From Felis catus (Eukaryota): a DNA stretch of 64,000 nucleotides. A program made the position numbers and the translations under genes. The stretch lies in the NCBI RefSeq assembly GCF_018350175.1, contig NC_058368.1, positions 125,924,001 to 125,988,000 on the forward strand, given 5' to 3'. This document shows positions 63,605 to 64,000 of the stretch, one piece after another. Positions within the stretch are counted from its first letter, which is position 1. Each line of letters opens with the position of its first letter. The notes under the pieces were generated by a model that was not told where the DNA came from, ran no database searches, and saw only the letters and a list, made by a program, of their open reading frames with translations.

Positions 63605-63807
63605 GGGGCGCCTGGGTGGCGCAGTCGGTTAAGCGTCCGACTTCAGCCAGGTCACGATCTCGCGGTCTGTGAGTTCGAGCCCTGCGTCAGGCTCTGGGCT
63701 GATGGCTCAGAGCCTGGAGCCTGTTTCCGATTCTGTGTCTCCCTCTCTCTCTGCCCCTCCCCCGTTCGTGCTCTGTCTCTCTCTGTCCCAAAAATAAATA
63801 AACGTTG
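63605..63807 (+). mobile_element. Young Can-SINE (SINEC_Fc type)
   Basis: Near-consensus CpG-rich body. TSD aaattgtaggc at 63593-63603 and 63808-63818. Confidence 0.96.
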
Positions 63808-63964
63808 AAATTGTAGGCGTGGGGAAGAAAGCTTTCTGTACTATTGAGATAGCTGGCTACCTTTTGTTTTTTTTACTCTGTGTATAGATGGGGTATGTGT
63901 ACTCACTCGGTAGCTACTGTGAACTTCCACAGAGCCCTACCAGCATCGCCAGTCCAATTAAAAT

Positions 63965-64000
63965 CTCAATAATTTCTCCTCTGCTCTTTCCTTTTGGCAG
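63965..64000 (+). other. Probable 3' splice acceptor (branch point, polypyrimidine tract, CAG) at the window end
   Basis: ctcaat branch-like motif at 63965-63970, tttctcctctgctctttcctttt, terminal CAG, and no AG from 63953 to 63998. Confidence 0.55.

Overview
AT-rich mammalian genomic DNA, most likely from a felid (cat family): it carries about 25 carnivore tRNA-derived Can-SINEs, the youngest of the felid SINEC_Fc type, plus felid-type LINE-1. It reads as repeat-rich intronic or intergenic sequence. The only recognisable protein-coding content is one full-length, 7.25 kb LINE-1 on the minus strand (21653-28898), with an open ORF1 and a broken ORF2. The rest is SINEs, ancient eutherian repeats (MER63, MER82, MER33, MER5, MLT1, a MER34-like LTR, MIR, L2, L1M) and microsatellites. 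The window ends exactly on a strong + strand splice acceptor, and a few short candidate + strand exons lie upstream, so it may be part of a long intron of a host gene I could not identify. I found no convincing new biological system. The most interesting signals are nested insertions, a possible short L1 3' transduction, a possible L1 antisense promoter and the candidate exons. Repeat family names come from recalled consensus sequences, not from a database search, and boundaries of old repeats are approximate.
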